Below, piece by piece: positions 55,701 through 64,000 of a DNA stretch of 64,000 nucleotides (the first letter of the stretch is position 1; every line of letters starts with the position of its first letter). Origin of the DNA: Bacillales bacterium UBA4682. GTDB taxonomy: Bacteria > Bacillota_I > Bacilli_A > RFN20 > CAG-288. The stretch spans positions 72,620 to 136,619 of the forward strand of contig DHKY01000014.1 of the NCBI GenBank assembly GCA_002404995.1. Reading direction: 5' to 3'. The translations under genes and the position numbers were made by a program. The notes beneath the pieces were generated by a model. It did not search any database and was not told the origin of the DNA. It saw only the letters and a list, made by a program, of their open reading frames with translations.

Positions 55701-56554
55701 TCGAATCCACTCCACAGTTCTGGATTTTCGTTTCTATTCTTCTTGCCGTCAGTCTTCTCCTCTGCTCCATCGGATTCAAGAAGTTCGTTTTATTTCTCTC
55801 TATCGGATACGGTCTTTCCGTCTTCGGAATCGGAATTGCCTTGATGGTCTTCACAGCAGGCAAGTTCTCCTTCGTCAACATTTATAGCAGCTCCATCGTC
55901 AACTATATTCTTGCCGCCGTCCTGATTCTCTATGGCAGGCGTCTAGCCGGTTTCCTCACCTATCGTGAAATCAGTTCCTTAAGTTACCGGAAAACCTTGG
56001 AAAAGGTCTCCGGAAAAGAAGAAAAAAAGAGGCCGTTTTTCGTCAAAGCTACCATCTGGTTATCCGTTGGCATTCTTTATATCAGGCAGACCTATCCAGT
56101 CATCTATCGAGTCGGAGGTTCCTTTGCTGCCGAAGGTAGCGGAAGGATTACTCCAATCGTAGGAGCCTGCATTGCCCTTCTCGGTCTTATCATTGAAACC
56201 AGGGCCGATTTGGAAAAGAACAAGGCCAAGAAGAAGAATCCACACACCTTTGTCTCTTCTGGCCTTTATTCCTTAGTCCGTTGTCCGAACTACTTAGGAG
56301 AAATCATCAGGTGGACAGGAATCTTCATCTCCGGCTGTGATATTTTCAGAGGCGATTATGTCAGCTGGATTATCTCTATCCTCGGTTATCTTCTCATTGT
56401 CTATGTCAGGATCAGCGGTGCAAAACGTCTGGAACTCCGTCAGGACAAGAGTTACGGAAACGATCCGAAATATCAGGAATACAAGAAAAAGACTCCAATC
56501 TTAAGGCACCTTATCCCGGTAAAATCCTTAGCGAGCTGGAACTGGGTGAAATAA
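55697..56554 (+). CDS. Membrane protein of the ICMT / DUF1295 (steroid-5-alpha-reductase-like) methyltransferase/reductase family
   Basis: Polytopic. C-terminal motif LVRCPNYLGEIIRWTG. Start overlaps the upstream stop (ATGA). Confidence 0.55.
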   Translation: MIESTPQFWIFVSILLAVSLLLCSIGFKKFVLFLSIGYGLSVFGIGIALMVFTAGKFSFVNIYSSSIVNYILAAVLILYGRRLAGFLTYREISSLSYRKTLEKVSGKEEKKRPFFVKATIWLSVGILYIRQTYPVIYRVGGSFAAEGSGRITPIVGACIALLGLIIETRADLEKNKAKKKNPHTFVSSGLYSLVRCPNYLGEIIRWTGIFISGCDIFRGDYVSWIISILGYLLIVYVRISGAKRLELRQDKSYGNDPKYQEYKKKTPILRHLIPVKSLASWNWVK

Positions 56555-56555
56555 G

Positions 56556-57269
56556 ATGATGTTTCTTACTGAATTCAAGGATGCCCCAAGAGTCGGTTTA
56601 GCCTTCCAAGGTATCTATGATATCCTACCGGTCGTTTTCTTCCTCCTTGGATCCATCATCCTTCTCCGTACACTTTACTCCAAAAGGGTCAAAGGCTGTT
56701 ATTGTCTTCTTGCTGCTGGCAGCATCAGGGTATTCTCAGCTGGCATTTTAAAAGCACTACATAAGATTGTAATGGGTTCCTTCCAAGTCGACTATATTAT
56801 CCTAGACAAGCAGTTCACACCAACACAGTCTATCGGTTTTATTCTTCTGTTCTTAGCTCTCCTTGGAAGGTTCACCTTGAAAAACACCAAATACGTTCAA
56901 GAAAAGACAAGGGCTATTACACTACCGGTGCTTGCTCTGTTCCTTGCCGAAGAAATCAAGATCGGGGATAGCGGACTGCCCGCCTTTACCAATTCCTGGC
57001 CGTTCCTTGCCATAAGGATCATCGGAGCAGGCGGCTTCCTCGTCAGGCTCACTATCATTTCCTTCAAGAGGAAACGAATTCCAGAAGCCGTACTCTTCCT
57101 AGTCTCCATTGTCTTAATGGTATCCATGGGCTATCTCTCGACAAAGCGAGGTTATGAAGGAGCCTGGATGCAGATCAGCTGTAATGTCCTCTACCAGCTC
57201 TGCTTCTTTATCGGATGTCTGCTTCTCAAAAAGCATAAACTCGAAGAAGCGAATCTATTCAAGGCTTAA
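56556..57269 (+). CDS. Hypothetical polytopic membrane protein
   Basis: 237 aa, 6-7 hydrophobic helices. Contiguous with the upstream gene. Confidence 0.45.
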   Translation: MMFLTEFKDAPRVGLAFQGIYDILPVVFFLLGSIILLRTLYSKRVKGCYCLLAAGSIRVFSAGILKALHKIVMGSFQVDYIILDKQFTPTQSIGFILLFLALLGRFTLKNTKYVQEKTRAITLPVLALFLAEEIKIGDSGLPAFTNSWPFLAIRIIGAGGFLVRLTIISFKRKRIPEAVLFLVSIVLMVSMGYLSTKRGYEGAWMQISCNVLYQLCFFIGCLLLKKHKLEEANLFKA

Positions 57270-57274
57270 AGCAC

Positions 57275-57306
57275 AAGCGCTGAGCCAAAAGGCCAGCGCT
57301 TTTTGT
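57275..57306 (+). terminator. Rho-independent terminator
   Basis: Hairpin AGCGCTG...CAGCGCT followed by a T4-5 run. Confidence 0.6.
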
Positions 57307-57506
57307 TTGATTGGTTTTCTTCAGCAAAAAGAAATTAGGTCTTTTCATTGGTTTTTCTTTTTAGAAAGAATCAAGTATCCTTTCTCCACTATTTTTGTTT
57401 TTTGATAGCACTTACATACAATCATTTAAATAGTATCCTTTTTTGACCCTTTTTCATTTTCTTTTTAATGTGTTAGCTTATTTCAAAAATTCAGGAGGGT
57501 GTTCAC

Positions 57507-59408
57507 ATGAATGCAAAAAACAAAGTTATTTTTTCTCTTCTTTCCCTTTTCGCACTGACTGGATGTACGGAGAAAAAACAGTCCGAGGCCAGGAGCAATT
57601 CCGGTTCCTCATTTTCCTCTGAGGAAAGTTCAGTGACAGGAGAATCGAAGTCCTTTGTCAACAACAAAGATTCTTTTCAAGAGGAAACGGAAATCGACAT
57701 TGAGTCAGATTTTGACTCTCAGGCAAAAGAAAGCGATGATGCTGCAGAGAAAATTGATGTCTCTTCAATCGAAAAAGGAAGCTCCTACTCCATCACGGAG
57801 GGCGGGACTTATCTTTTATCCGGTACAAATGAGGACGCACGGGTTGTCATCGATGCAACGGAGGATATCCTACTTGAGTTAGATAATCTCTCTTTGACTT
57901 CCTTGACGGATTCACCTTTAGAAGTGAAGAACGCAAAATCCATTACTATCAAAGCACTAGAAAAAACCAAGAACTATCTTAAGGACAGTGAAAACAATAC
58001 CTTAGAAGCTGCTCTAATCGTCAAGAAAGTGCCGCTTTCTATCACAGGGAAGGGATATCTCTATGTTTCCGGAAAAGGAAAAAGCGATGATGTCACAGAT
58101 TCCGGAGTGGGTATCCAGGCAGCCAAAGGAATTCAGATTGAAAACGCCCATGTAATCGTGGAGGAATCGGTTTCCCATGCAAGGAACGCAAAGGCAGGTC
58201 TCACGATCAAAAACGCAAAGCTTTCCCTTCATTCGAAAAAAGACGGCATCCACACAAAAGAGGGTGGGGTTGATATCGAAAATTCTGTCTTAAATCTAGA
58301 CACCTATGGAGATGGTATCGATGCTGCTAGGGATATTACGATCACCAGCTGCAGCATTCATTCCATCACCCATGGTGAATATATTCTCTATGACAAGTCT
58401 GCAGATACAGATGGCAGTCTCTTAGAAGATTCAAAGTATATTCTTGAAAACGGAGAATATAAGAAGATTTCTTCGGATGACAGGAACCGGTATTCTACAC
58501 GCTACTATCTGGCACAGAAGTGCAAAGGAATCAAAACCGAAGCTAAGCTTACAGTCAATCAAGGAGATTATTACTTCTATACCGCGGATGATTCCTTAGC
58601 AAGCGATACCGATATCGAATTATTAAGCGGCGATTTTGTTTTCTATACGCTTGATCAAGCCATAAATTCCGATCAAATTCTAAATATTGGAAGCACATCA
58701 GAAGAAGGGCCGTCCTTGCATATTTATCATTCCTATGAAGGAATCCAAGGAGGTCAAATCAGTTTCCACTCAGGATACGCTTATATCGAAAGCACCGATG
58801 ATGGTATAAACGCAACCAGCGACACTTTGGAAGACATCTCTAGGAACTTCCATGACGGAAGTACCGTCTATGTAAATGCAGACGGAGATGGAATTGACTC
58901 TAACGGAACAATTACAAGGGATGGTGGAAATCTCTTTGTTTTCGGACCCAAAAACGATGGGGATTCTTCCCTTGATTCAGACAAAGGCTTTACTTATCTT
59001 GGCGGAACAATTCTCGCTTTTTCTCAGCAGGGAAGGATTGAGACACCTTCTGCTGAAAACAGGAACGTAGCAAGTCTGAATCTCTCAAGCTACAAAGAAG
59101 GAGCGGTTCTTTCTTTTTTGACCAATGGGTATGAGTTTTCTGCCCTTCTTCCAAAAGCTTATTCTCAATTGAATGTGATTATCGGAAGCGATAAGCTTGT
59201 TAAAGATAACCAATTAGAAGTAATTTCCGTAAATCAAACAGCAGCGGAATATAAAAACGGTATTTACTGTGGTGAAGAAAAGGGAGAAGGAACTACCATT
59301 GCAACAGTTTCTTTAAAAGATGGTCTTACAAGCACTGGAAACGGGTCAACTGGTGGTCCAGGTGGATTTCCAGGTGGAAACAATGGAGGAAGACCTGATA
59401 GACCCTAG
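57507..59408 (+). CDS. Secreted lipoprotein, probable right-handed beta-helix carbohydrate-binding/processing protein with a Gly-rich C-terminal tail
   Basis: RBS AGGAGGG. Lipobox LFALTGCTEKK. Repeated DGI/NxxI turns. C-terminus GNGSTGGPGGFPGGNNGGRPDRP. Confidence 0.4.
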   Translation: MNAKNKVIFSLLSLFALTGCTEKKQSEARSNSGSSFSSEESSVTGESKSFVNNKDSFQEETEIDIESDFDSQAKESDDAAEKIDVSSIEKGSSYSITEGGTYLLSGTNEDARVVIDATEDILLELDNLSLTSLTDSPLEVKNAKSITIKALEKTKNYLKDSENNTLEAALIVKKVPLSITGKGYLYVSGKGKSDDVTDSGVGIQAAKGIQIENAHVIVEESVSHARNAKAGLTIKNAKLSLHSKKDGIHTKEGGVDIENSVLNLDTYGDGIDAARDITITSCSIHSITHGEYILYDKSADTDGSLLEDSKYILENGEYKKISSDDRNRYSTRYYLAQKCKGIKTEAKLTVNQGDYYFYTADDSLASDTDIELLSGDFVFYTLDQAINSDQILNIGSTSEEGPSLHIYHSYEGIQGGQISFHSGYAYIESTDDGINATSDTLEDISRNFHDGSTVYVNADGDGIDSNGTITRDGGNLFVFGPKNDGDSSLDSDKGFTYLGGTILAFSQQGRIETPSAENRNVASLNLSSYKEGAVLSFLTNGYEFSALLPKAYSQLNVIIGSDKLVKDNQLEVISVNQTAAEYKNGIYCGEEKGEGTTIATVSLKDGLTSTGNGSTGGPGGFPGGNNGGRPDRP

Positions 59409-59558
59409 CATGTCTTTTCTCAGGTGACAGACTTCTAAAGGTTTCCAGAAACCAAGAACACCCATGATTTAGGAGCTGTTCTTTTCAGCAAGTCCAAGTA
59501 GAGGTTATTTCTCATTTTCTTTCATTCTTTCACAATAAAAAAACGTTATAATAGTTTT

Positions 59559-60086
59559 GTGAAAATCCTGCTTGATAACGAATTCAGGCAATATGCCTCT
59601 GAGATTCTCTTCAAAAAAGAGTACAAATCCAGGAAAAAATATGTTGCCCACGGAAACTATAGCCTTTATGACCATTGCATCCGTGTTGCGCTTCTTAGCT
59701 ACTCCTATGCAAAGGAAAAGAACAGGAAAGTAAATCGGAGAGCACTTGTCCGGGGTTGCCTTCTCCATGACTACTATCTCTATGATTGGCATCATAAGAA
59801 CGAAGGCCATCGTCTCCATGGTTTCCGTCATCCGTATTTTTCTCTTCGAAACGCAGTGAAAATCTTCTCTTTATCGAAGAAAGAAAAAAACAGGATTCTA
59901 TCTCATAGGTTTCCACTGACCTTCTGGATTTTTCCTAAAAGCAAGGAAGCCTTGCTTCTCAGTCATTTCGATAAAGTTTCCGCTTCGATAGAGCACAAGA
60001 ACAGCAAGAAGGCAAAAAGCAGTCAAAAACGAAAAAGCAGAGAAGTTTCATCTAGGCCGATTCCAACGAGCAAAGCAGCTCACTGA
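59559..60086 (+). CDS. Small HD-domain phosphohydrolase-like protein
   Basis: H...HD motif (HCIRVALL...LLHDYYLYDWH). GTG start with no SD. TATAAT 6 nt upstream, so possibly leaderless. Confidence 0.45.
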   Translation: MKILLDNEFRQYASEILFKKEYKSRKKYVAHGNYSLYDHCIRVALLSYSYAKEKNRKVNRRALVRGCLLHDYYLYDWHHKNEGHRLHGFRHPYFSLRNAVKIFSLSKKEKNRILSHRFPLTFWIFPKSKEALLLSHFDKVSASIEHKNSKKAKSSQKRKSREVSSRPIPTSKAAH

Positions 60087-60095
60087 AATCAAAAA

Positions 60096-60131
60096 GAGCC
60101 TGCGCCAATAAGACGCAGGCTTTTTCTTTTT
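60096..60131. terminator. Bidirectional rho-independent terminator
   Basis: Hairpin GCCTGCG-CCAATAAGA-CGCAGGC followed by a T-rich run. Confidence 0.7.
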
Positions 60132-61486
60132 TAGAAGATCTGATCCACCCATTCCGGATGATCCACGAAGGGATTCCGGTTCTTCTGTTTGGATTTCTGT
60201 GCAAAATCGTTCCGGTTGATTTCGATTTGACTGACAGGGTCCAGCTGGTTCCACTTTTTCAGCGTTTCAACACTATCACAAACGTTCGTAAGCGGTGTTC
60301 CTCTCTCGGCAAAGTAACAAGTCCACCTATAGAAACAGATTCGGGCAACATCGCCTTTCACAGAATCAATTGGTTCAAAATATCCGTTCTTTCGGGTTCC
60401 GTAAACAGTTCCGTTATAATTCACAGTCGTTCCACCAGTGCAGTCTCCGTATTTATCGTTTCCTCGTGTCGAATTCGTTTTATTGTAGGTGGGGCGGATA
60501 TGAAGAAGATCTTGTCCTCCGCCTGTTGTACCATACAGGTTATCAGACAAAGACTGCGGCCAGACATGTTCCCGGTTCCAGGTCTCAGCCGGGTTTTTCT
60601 TAACGCTTTCCTGAGTATAGAAATATATCCTGTTCGAGGGATTGCTTGGATCCTCATCCGCACTCTGGAGAACTTCACTGAGCTTTCCGGTTCCTTTTCC
60701 GCTATAAGTATAATAACCTTTCGGCTTGATTAAGCTGGTAAGGGCAATGCGAAGAGTTCCGTTTGTTCCTCCGGTAAGATTCGAGCCGAGCGAAGAATAA
60801 TAGGCAGTGGCATCCGTCGATGGTTGAACAGAAGCCGAAACACTTGGATTCTCTGAAGGTGTGTCTGGTTCTGTCGGAGTCTCTCCGGATTGGCTGTTCA
60901 GAGAAGATAAATAAGCTTTGCTTCCAGTCTCGAAAGTTCCGTTGTACCTTTGAAGAGTACCATAAATAACAGCATCATCCCCGACTTTGATTTGATCACT
61001 CGAGGTGAATTTTGCCTGATTGAGATAATATCCGCGGAAAACAACCAAGTCCACATCATCCGAAGAAATCGTGAAAGTAGCATTTCCGTAGCTTGTGCTG
61101 ACTTCCTTGATGGCTGTAATGGAGCCAAAGACATAGTAGGATTTCTCTGTGGTCTCTTTGTCCGCCAAGCTGCTTACCTTTTCCTTTGCTTCCTTGCAGG
61201 AGAAAGGATGCAGTTTCGACCCATCATTCTTAGCTTCTTCGGTGACAGAAACCGATGTCTTGTCAACAGAAGGAGTCTCCGAAGGTTTGCTGCTTTCCGT
61301 AGGGGCAACGGTTGTAGATGACGATGCTGTTGGCTTAGAAGAGAAAGAAGGAGTCTCTGTCGGTGCTTCAGAAACTGATTGTGTCGGCTGATTACCGCTA
61401 GCGCTTAAGGAGGGAACTTGAGTATCACAGGCGGCTAGAGTGAGAGATAGGAGAACAGATAAAGGAAGAAGTTTTAATTTTTTCAT
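60131..61486 (-). CDS. Extracellular Endonuclease I (EndA/Vvn)-family nuclease lipoprotein with an N-terminal OB-like domain
   Basis: Lipobox LSLTLAACDTQ. Ser/Thr/Pro-rich linker. Endonuclease I motifs NREHVWPQS and DLLHIRPTYNKTNSTRGN. The ORF is open upstream to 61519. Confidence 0.65.
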   Translation of the reverse strand: MKKLKLLPLSVLLSLTLAACDTQVPSLSASGNQPTQSVSEAPTETPSFSSKPTASSSTTVAPTESSKPSETPSVDKTSVSVTEEAKNDGSKLHPFSCKEAKEKVSSLADKETTEKSYYVFGSITAIKEVSTSYGNATFTISSDDVDLVVFRGYYLNQAKFTSSDQIKVGDDAVIYGTLQRYNGTFETGSKAYLSSLNSQSGETPTEPDTPSENPSVSASVQPSTDATAYYSSLGSNLTGGTNGTLRIALTSLIKPKGYYTYSGKGTGKLSEVLQSADEDPSNPSNRIYFYTQESVKKNPAETWNREHVWPQSLSDNLYGTTGGGQDLLHIRPTYNKTNSTRGNDKYGDCTGGTTVNYNGTVYGTRKNGYFEPIDSVKGDVARICFYRWTCYFAERGTPLTNVCDSVETLKKWNQLDPVSQIEINRNDFAQKSKQKNRNPFVDHPEWVDQIF

Positions 61487-61597
61487 TGTAATTACCTTAA
61501 CAATAAAAGGATACACCAAATCCCTCCTATTTCAGAGCAGAATAGAGAAAAAGTGCCGAATATGCTACACTTTAGGCTAGTTGAGGTAATAGTGCAC

Positions 61598-62683
61598 ATG
61601 AAAAATCTCTACGACAAGGAAAGAAATCTAGTCAATGTATCCAATTCCATCCTCCGGCACTATAAGCTAGAGACCTTCCATCCTTCCCTAACAGAACTTG
61701 ATGCTATCCTAGATGAATCCAAAAACAAGAAAATCTGCCTGATTCTCTTGGATGGCTTTGGGAAGTATATACAGGAACTCCACTCCTCTTCCTGCCATTT
61801 TATTCTGTCTCATAACAAGAGGACGATTACCTCAGTCTTTCCACCGACGACAACAAGTGCAACAACAAGTCTTCTGACAGGAAAATATCCTATTGAAACC
61901 GGATGGCTTGGATGGACGGAAAAACTTCCCGAATATGATCTTCCCTGTGTCAGGTTTCTGAATACTTTTACCGATGAGAACAAGACAAAGATACCAACCC
62001 CTACACTCGAACTTTATCCTTATACTTCTATCTTTGACCGAAGGAAAGAAAAAGGGATCAGAGGCAATTGTCTGCAATCCTTCCGTTACCCGGACAGGAC
62101 AATCGAATCTTTCTTCTCAAGGGCAGACAAAGTACTGAAGGACTCTGATTTTCTTTATCTCTATCATGTGAATCCAGATGAGCTTCTTCATGAGTACGGG
62201 ACTGAATCGAAAGAAGTCGACCTTGTCATACAGAAATTGAATCAAGAGGTCGAAAAGCTGACCAAGAACAATCCGGATACTCTCTTTTTGCTCCTTGCCG
62301 ACCACGGACATAAGAACGCAAAATACTTCGACATCGAAGAGTATGAGGACTTTTATTCCTTGCTCGAAAAGAAATGGTTTTCCTTAGAGCCGAGAACAGC
62401 TAGCTTCTTAGTCCGAAAAGGAAAGGAAGAGGAATTCAGAAAAGCAGCCAGGACTCATTACGGAGAGCACTTCTATGTCTACTCAAAAAAAGAAGCGCTG
62501 GAAGAAAACATCTTCGGTCTTGGTCAAATGGAAAGACGGATTCCTGAAATCCTTGGCGACTTCATCTTGGTATCTAAGGATGAATCGGCATTCAAGCTGA
62601 AAAAAGACATTGGCCTTGTCTCCCATCATGCCGGTTCAAGCGATGACGAGAAATATATAAATATCTCTATCTACAATAGCTGA
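61598..62683 (+). CDS. Alkaline-phosphatase-superfamily enzyme (nucleotide pyrophosphatase/phosphodiesterase-like)
   Basis: RBS GAGGT. Metal-ligand blocks ICLILLDGFG and LLLADHGH. Putative nucleophile Thr in PPTTTSATTSLLTGKYP. Confidence 0.55.
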   Translation: MKNLYDKERNLVNVSNSILRHYKLETFHPSLTELDAILDESKNKKICLILLDGFGKYIQELHSSSCHFILSHNKRTITSVFPPTTTSATTSLLTGKYPIETGWLGWTEKLPEYDLPCVRFLNTFTDENKTKIPTPTLELYPYTSIFDRRKEKGIRGNCLQSFRYPDRTIESFFSRADKVLKDSDFLYLYHVNPDELLHEYGTESKEVDLVIQKLNQEVEKLTKNNPDTLFLLLADHGHKNAKYFDIEEYEDFYSLLEKKWFSLEPRTASFLVRKGKEEEFRKAARTHYGEHFYVYSKKEALEENIFGLGQMERRIPEILGDFILVSKDESAFKLKKDIGLVSHHAGSSDDEKYINISIYNS

Positions 62684-62689
62684 TTTAAA

Positions 62690-62716
62690 AAGTCCTAGGA
62701 TGACTAGGACTTTTTT
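62690..62716. terminator. Bidirectional rho-independent terminator
   Basis: Hairpin GTCCTAG-GATGA-CTAGGAC followed by a T6 run. Confidence 0.7.
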
Positions 62717-64000
62717 CTATTTCACATCCGAATTGTTCGGCTTTACGACAGCCAGTTCATCCTTTGTCTTCTCCGAAAGACGTTTGCGGAATATTTTCGG
62801 AGTCACTAGATAGTAGAAGGCAAGCGAGAAGAGACCTGAGCAGATATCGGCAATCGGTTCTGCTAAGAAGGCATAGCTTGCATTATTTGTCAGCCAAGGA
62901 AGCAGGATTGTCAAAGGAACGAGTACAAAGAACTTCCGGTTCCTCGAGAGCCAAATCGAATAATTGGCCTGTCCCATTCCGGTAAGTCCATCGACATAGA
63001 CATATTGGAAAGCCAAAGGAATGATACCGATCCTATACCAGCGGATGAATTTCACACTCGCCTCTATGACTTCGCCACTCCTGTCCGTCTTACTTCCAAG
63101 GCCGACAAACCTCGTTGCAAACGGTTTTGCAAGAAGGAAGGACAAAAGGAAACAGGCAGTACAGAAGGACAAGGCAAAAATCGTAAGCTGTTTTTCCGCC
63201 TTCTTAATCAAATCGATTCTCTTAGCACCATAGTTATATCCCAGGATTGGCTGAGTTCCAGAAGAGATTCCAAGAAGAGGACCAGTAATCAAGGAGAAGA
63301 AAGCTTGGACAATCGTGGCGACCTCAATATAAAAATCCCCATTGCCATTGCCGAATTTCTGGAGCCTGCTGTTCAGAAGAATAACGATGACACTATCCGT
63401 TGACCTGATGATGAAAGGAGAAAAACCAAGTTTCAGGATATTGCCCATGATTCTAAGATCATAGTGTCCGAAGGACAACTTGATTCTTGACCCTCTCCTA
63501 AGGAAAAAGATAGCAAGGACAAATGAAAGGAATTGGCAGCAAATAGTCGCAAGAGCAGCACCGCGGATACCCCTATTGAATACATACCTGAAAAGAGGAT
63601 CCAAGCAGACATTGAGAAGACAGGCAGAGAGCGTTGTCATCCTTGCTTTCAAAGATTCTCCTTGAGCGGTAAGGAACTGATTCAATCCAAAGGAGATAAT
63701 GGAAAAGAAAGTGCCGATAAGATAAATCATTAAGTATTGCTTGGCAAAAGGATAAGACTGATCACTTGCGCCGAAGCAATAAAGCATCGGCTTCCTAACA
63801 CAATAGAAGACGACCATTAAAACAGCACTTAGAATTATAAGCATCCTTAGCGCATTGCTTAGAATTTTCTTTGCACGCTCTTCTTTTTTCTCACCCAATG
63901 CAATTGAGAAAAGAGGAGCACCGCCAAGTCCAATCAAAAAAGCAAAGGAAGAGATGAACTGGGTAATCGGGGCAACCACTCCGATTCCAACCAGAGCTTC
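62717..64000 (-). CDS. MATE/MOP-superfamily efflux or flippase protein; N-terminus beyond window end
   Basis: 12-TM-like hydrophobic profile. The ORF is still open at the window edge. Confidence 0.55.
   Translation of the reverse strand, partial: EALVGIGVVAPITQFISSFAFLIGLGGAPLFSIALGEKKEERAKKILSNALRMLIILSAVLMVVFYCVRKPMLYCFGASDQSYPFAKQYLMIYLIGTFFSIISFGLNQFLTAQGESLKARMTTLSACLLNVCLDPLFRYVFNRGIRGAALATICCQFLSFVLAIFFLRRGSRIKLSFGHYDLRIMGNILKLGFSPFIIRSTDSVIVILLNSRLQKFGNGNGDFYIEVATIVQAFFSLITGPLLGISSGTQPILGYNYGAKRIDLIKKAEKQLTIFALSFCTACFLLSFLLAKPFATRFVGLGSKTDRSGEVIEASVKFIRWYRIGIIPLAFQYVYVDGLTGMGQANYSIWLSRNRKFFVLVPLTILLPWLTNNASYAFLAEPIADICSGLFSLAFYYLVTPKIFRKRLSEKTKDELAVVKPNNSDVK

Noticed and set aside
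1-64000. CRISPR arrays, tRNA/rRNA genes, prophage or integrative elements
   Set aside because: No regularly spaced direct repeats, no cloverleaf-like conserved tRNA segments, and no integrase or phage structural genes were seen. The AT-rich spacers at 10990-11303, 12627-12881, 18389-18749 and 28716-29078 look like ordinary promoter regions.

Overview
This 64-kb window reads as a low-GC Gram-positive (Firmicutes-type) chromosome at roughly 42% GC. Three things point that way: many lipoproteins with L-x-G-C lipoboxes, strong GGAGG ribosome-binding sites, and DegV and LytTR/AgrC-type genes. It is densely coding, about 45 genes, and dominated by cell-surface glycan utilisation and signalling. I see no rRNA, tRNA, CRISPR array, transposase or integrase.

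Gene content, left to right:
1. A probable beta-glucan utilisation locus at 1-10989: ROK regulator, GLUG-motif lipoprotein, two LplB/LplC-type permeases, a GH16 lipoprotein, a large solute-binding protein, and a GH94-like phosphorylase.
2. Surface proteins at 11304-20285: a BspA-type LRR lipoprotein, a Big_2 lipoprotein, a secreted S1 protease overlapping a small lipoprotein, and a coiled-coil lipoprotein.
3. An esterase and an MFS transporter with a long lysine/glutamate-rich tail at 20309-23069.
4. A minus-strand phosphorelay operon at 23132-28715: a BvgS-like hybrid kinase with two periplasmic binding domains, a GGDEF-REC-HD-GYP c-di-GMP protein, and a stand-alone Hpt protein.
5. An orphan RNase III homologue with an insertion at 29079-29924.

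The most striking feature is a diverged, inverted duplication of a four-gene cassette. Each copy encodes a LytTR response regulator, an AgrC-like HPK10 kinase, a domain-permuted GH3 with N-terminal signal and C-terminal membrane anchor, and a small 4-TM protein. The copies sit at 31355-36918 on the minus strand and 43301-49016 on the plus strand, flanking a PhnCDEE-type ABC transporter, an SDR and a DegV protein. Both copies carry TTTTCTTGC-type repeats in the kinase-to-GH3 intergenic region, and neither has an agrBD-like peptide gene.

Downstream are a GH2, a GH43-like propeller, a TetR / flavin-reductase-like / NmrA / ICMT-like operon, a beta-helix lipoprotein, an HD protein, an endonuclease-I lipoprotein divergent from an alkaline-phosphatase-superfamily phosphodiesterase, and a partial MATE transporter.

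All family assignments come from motifs read directly in the translations. No database search was possible.
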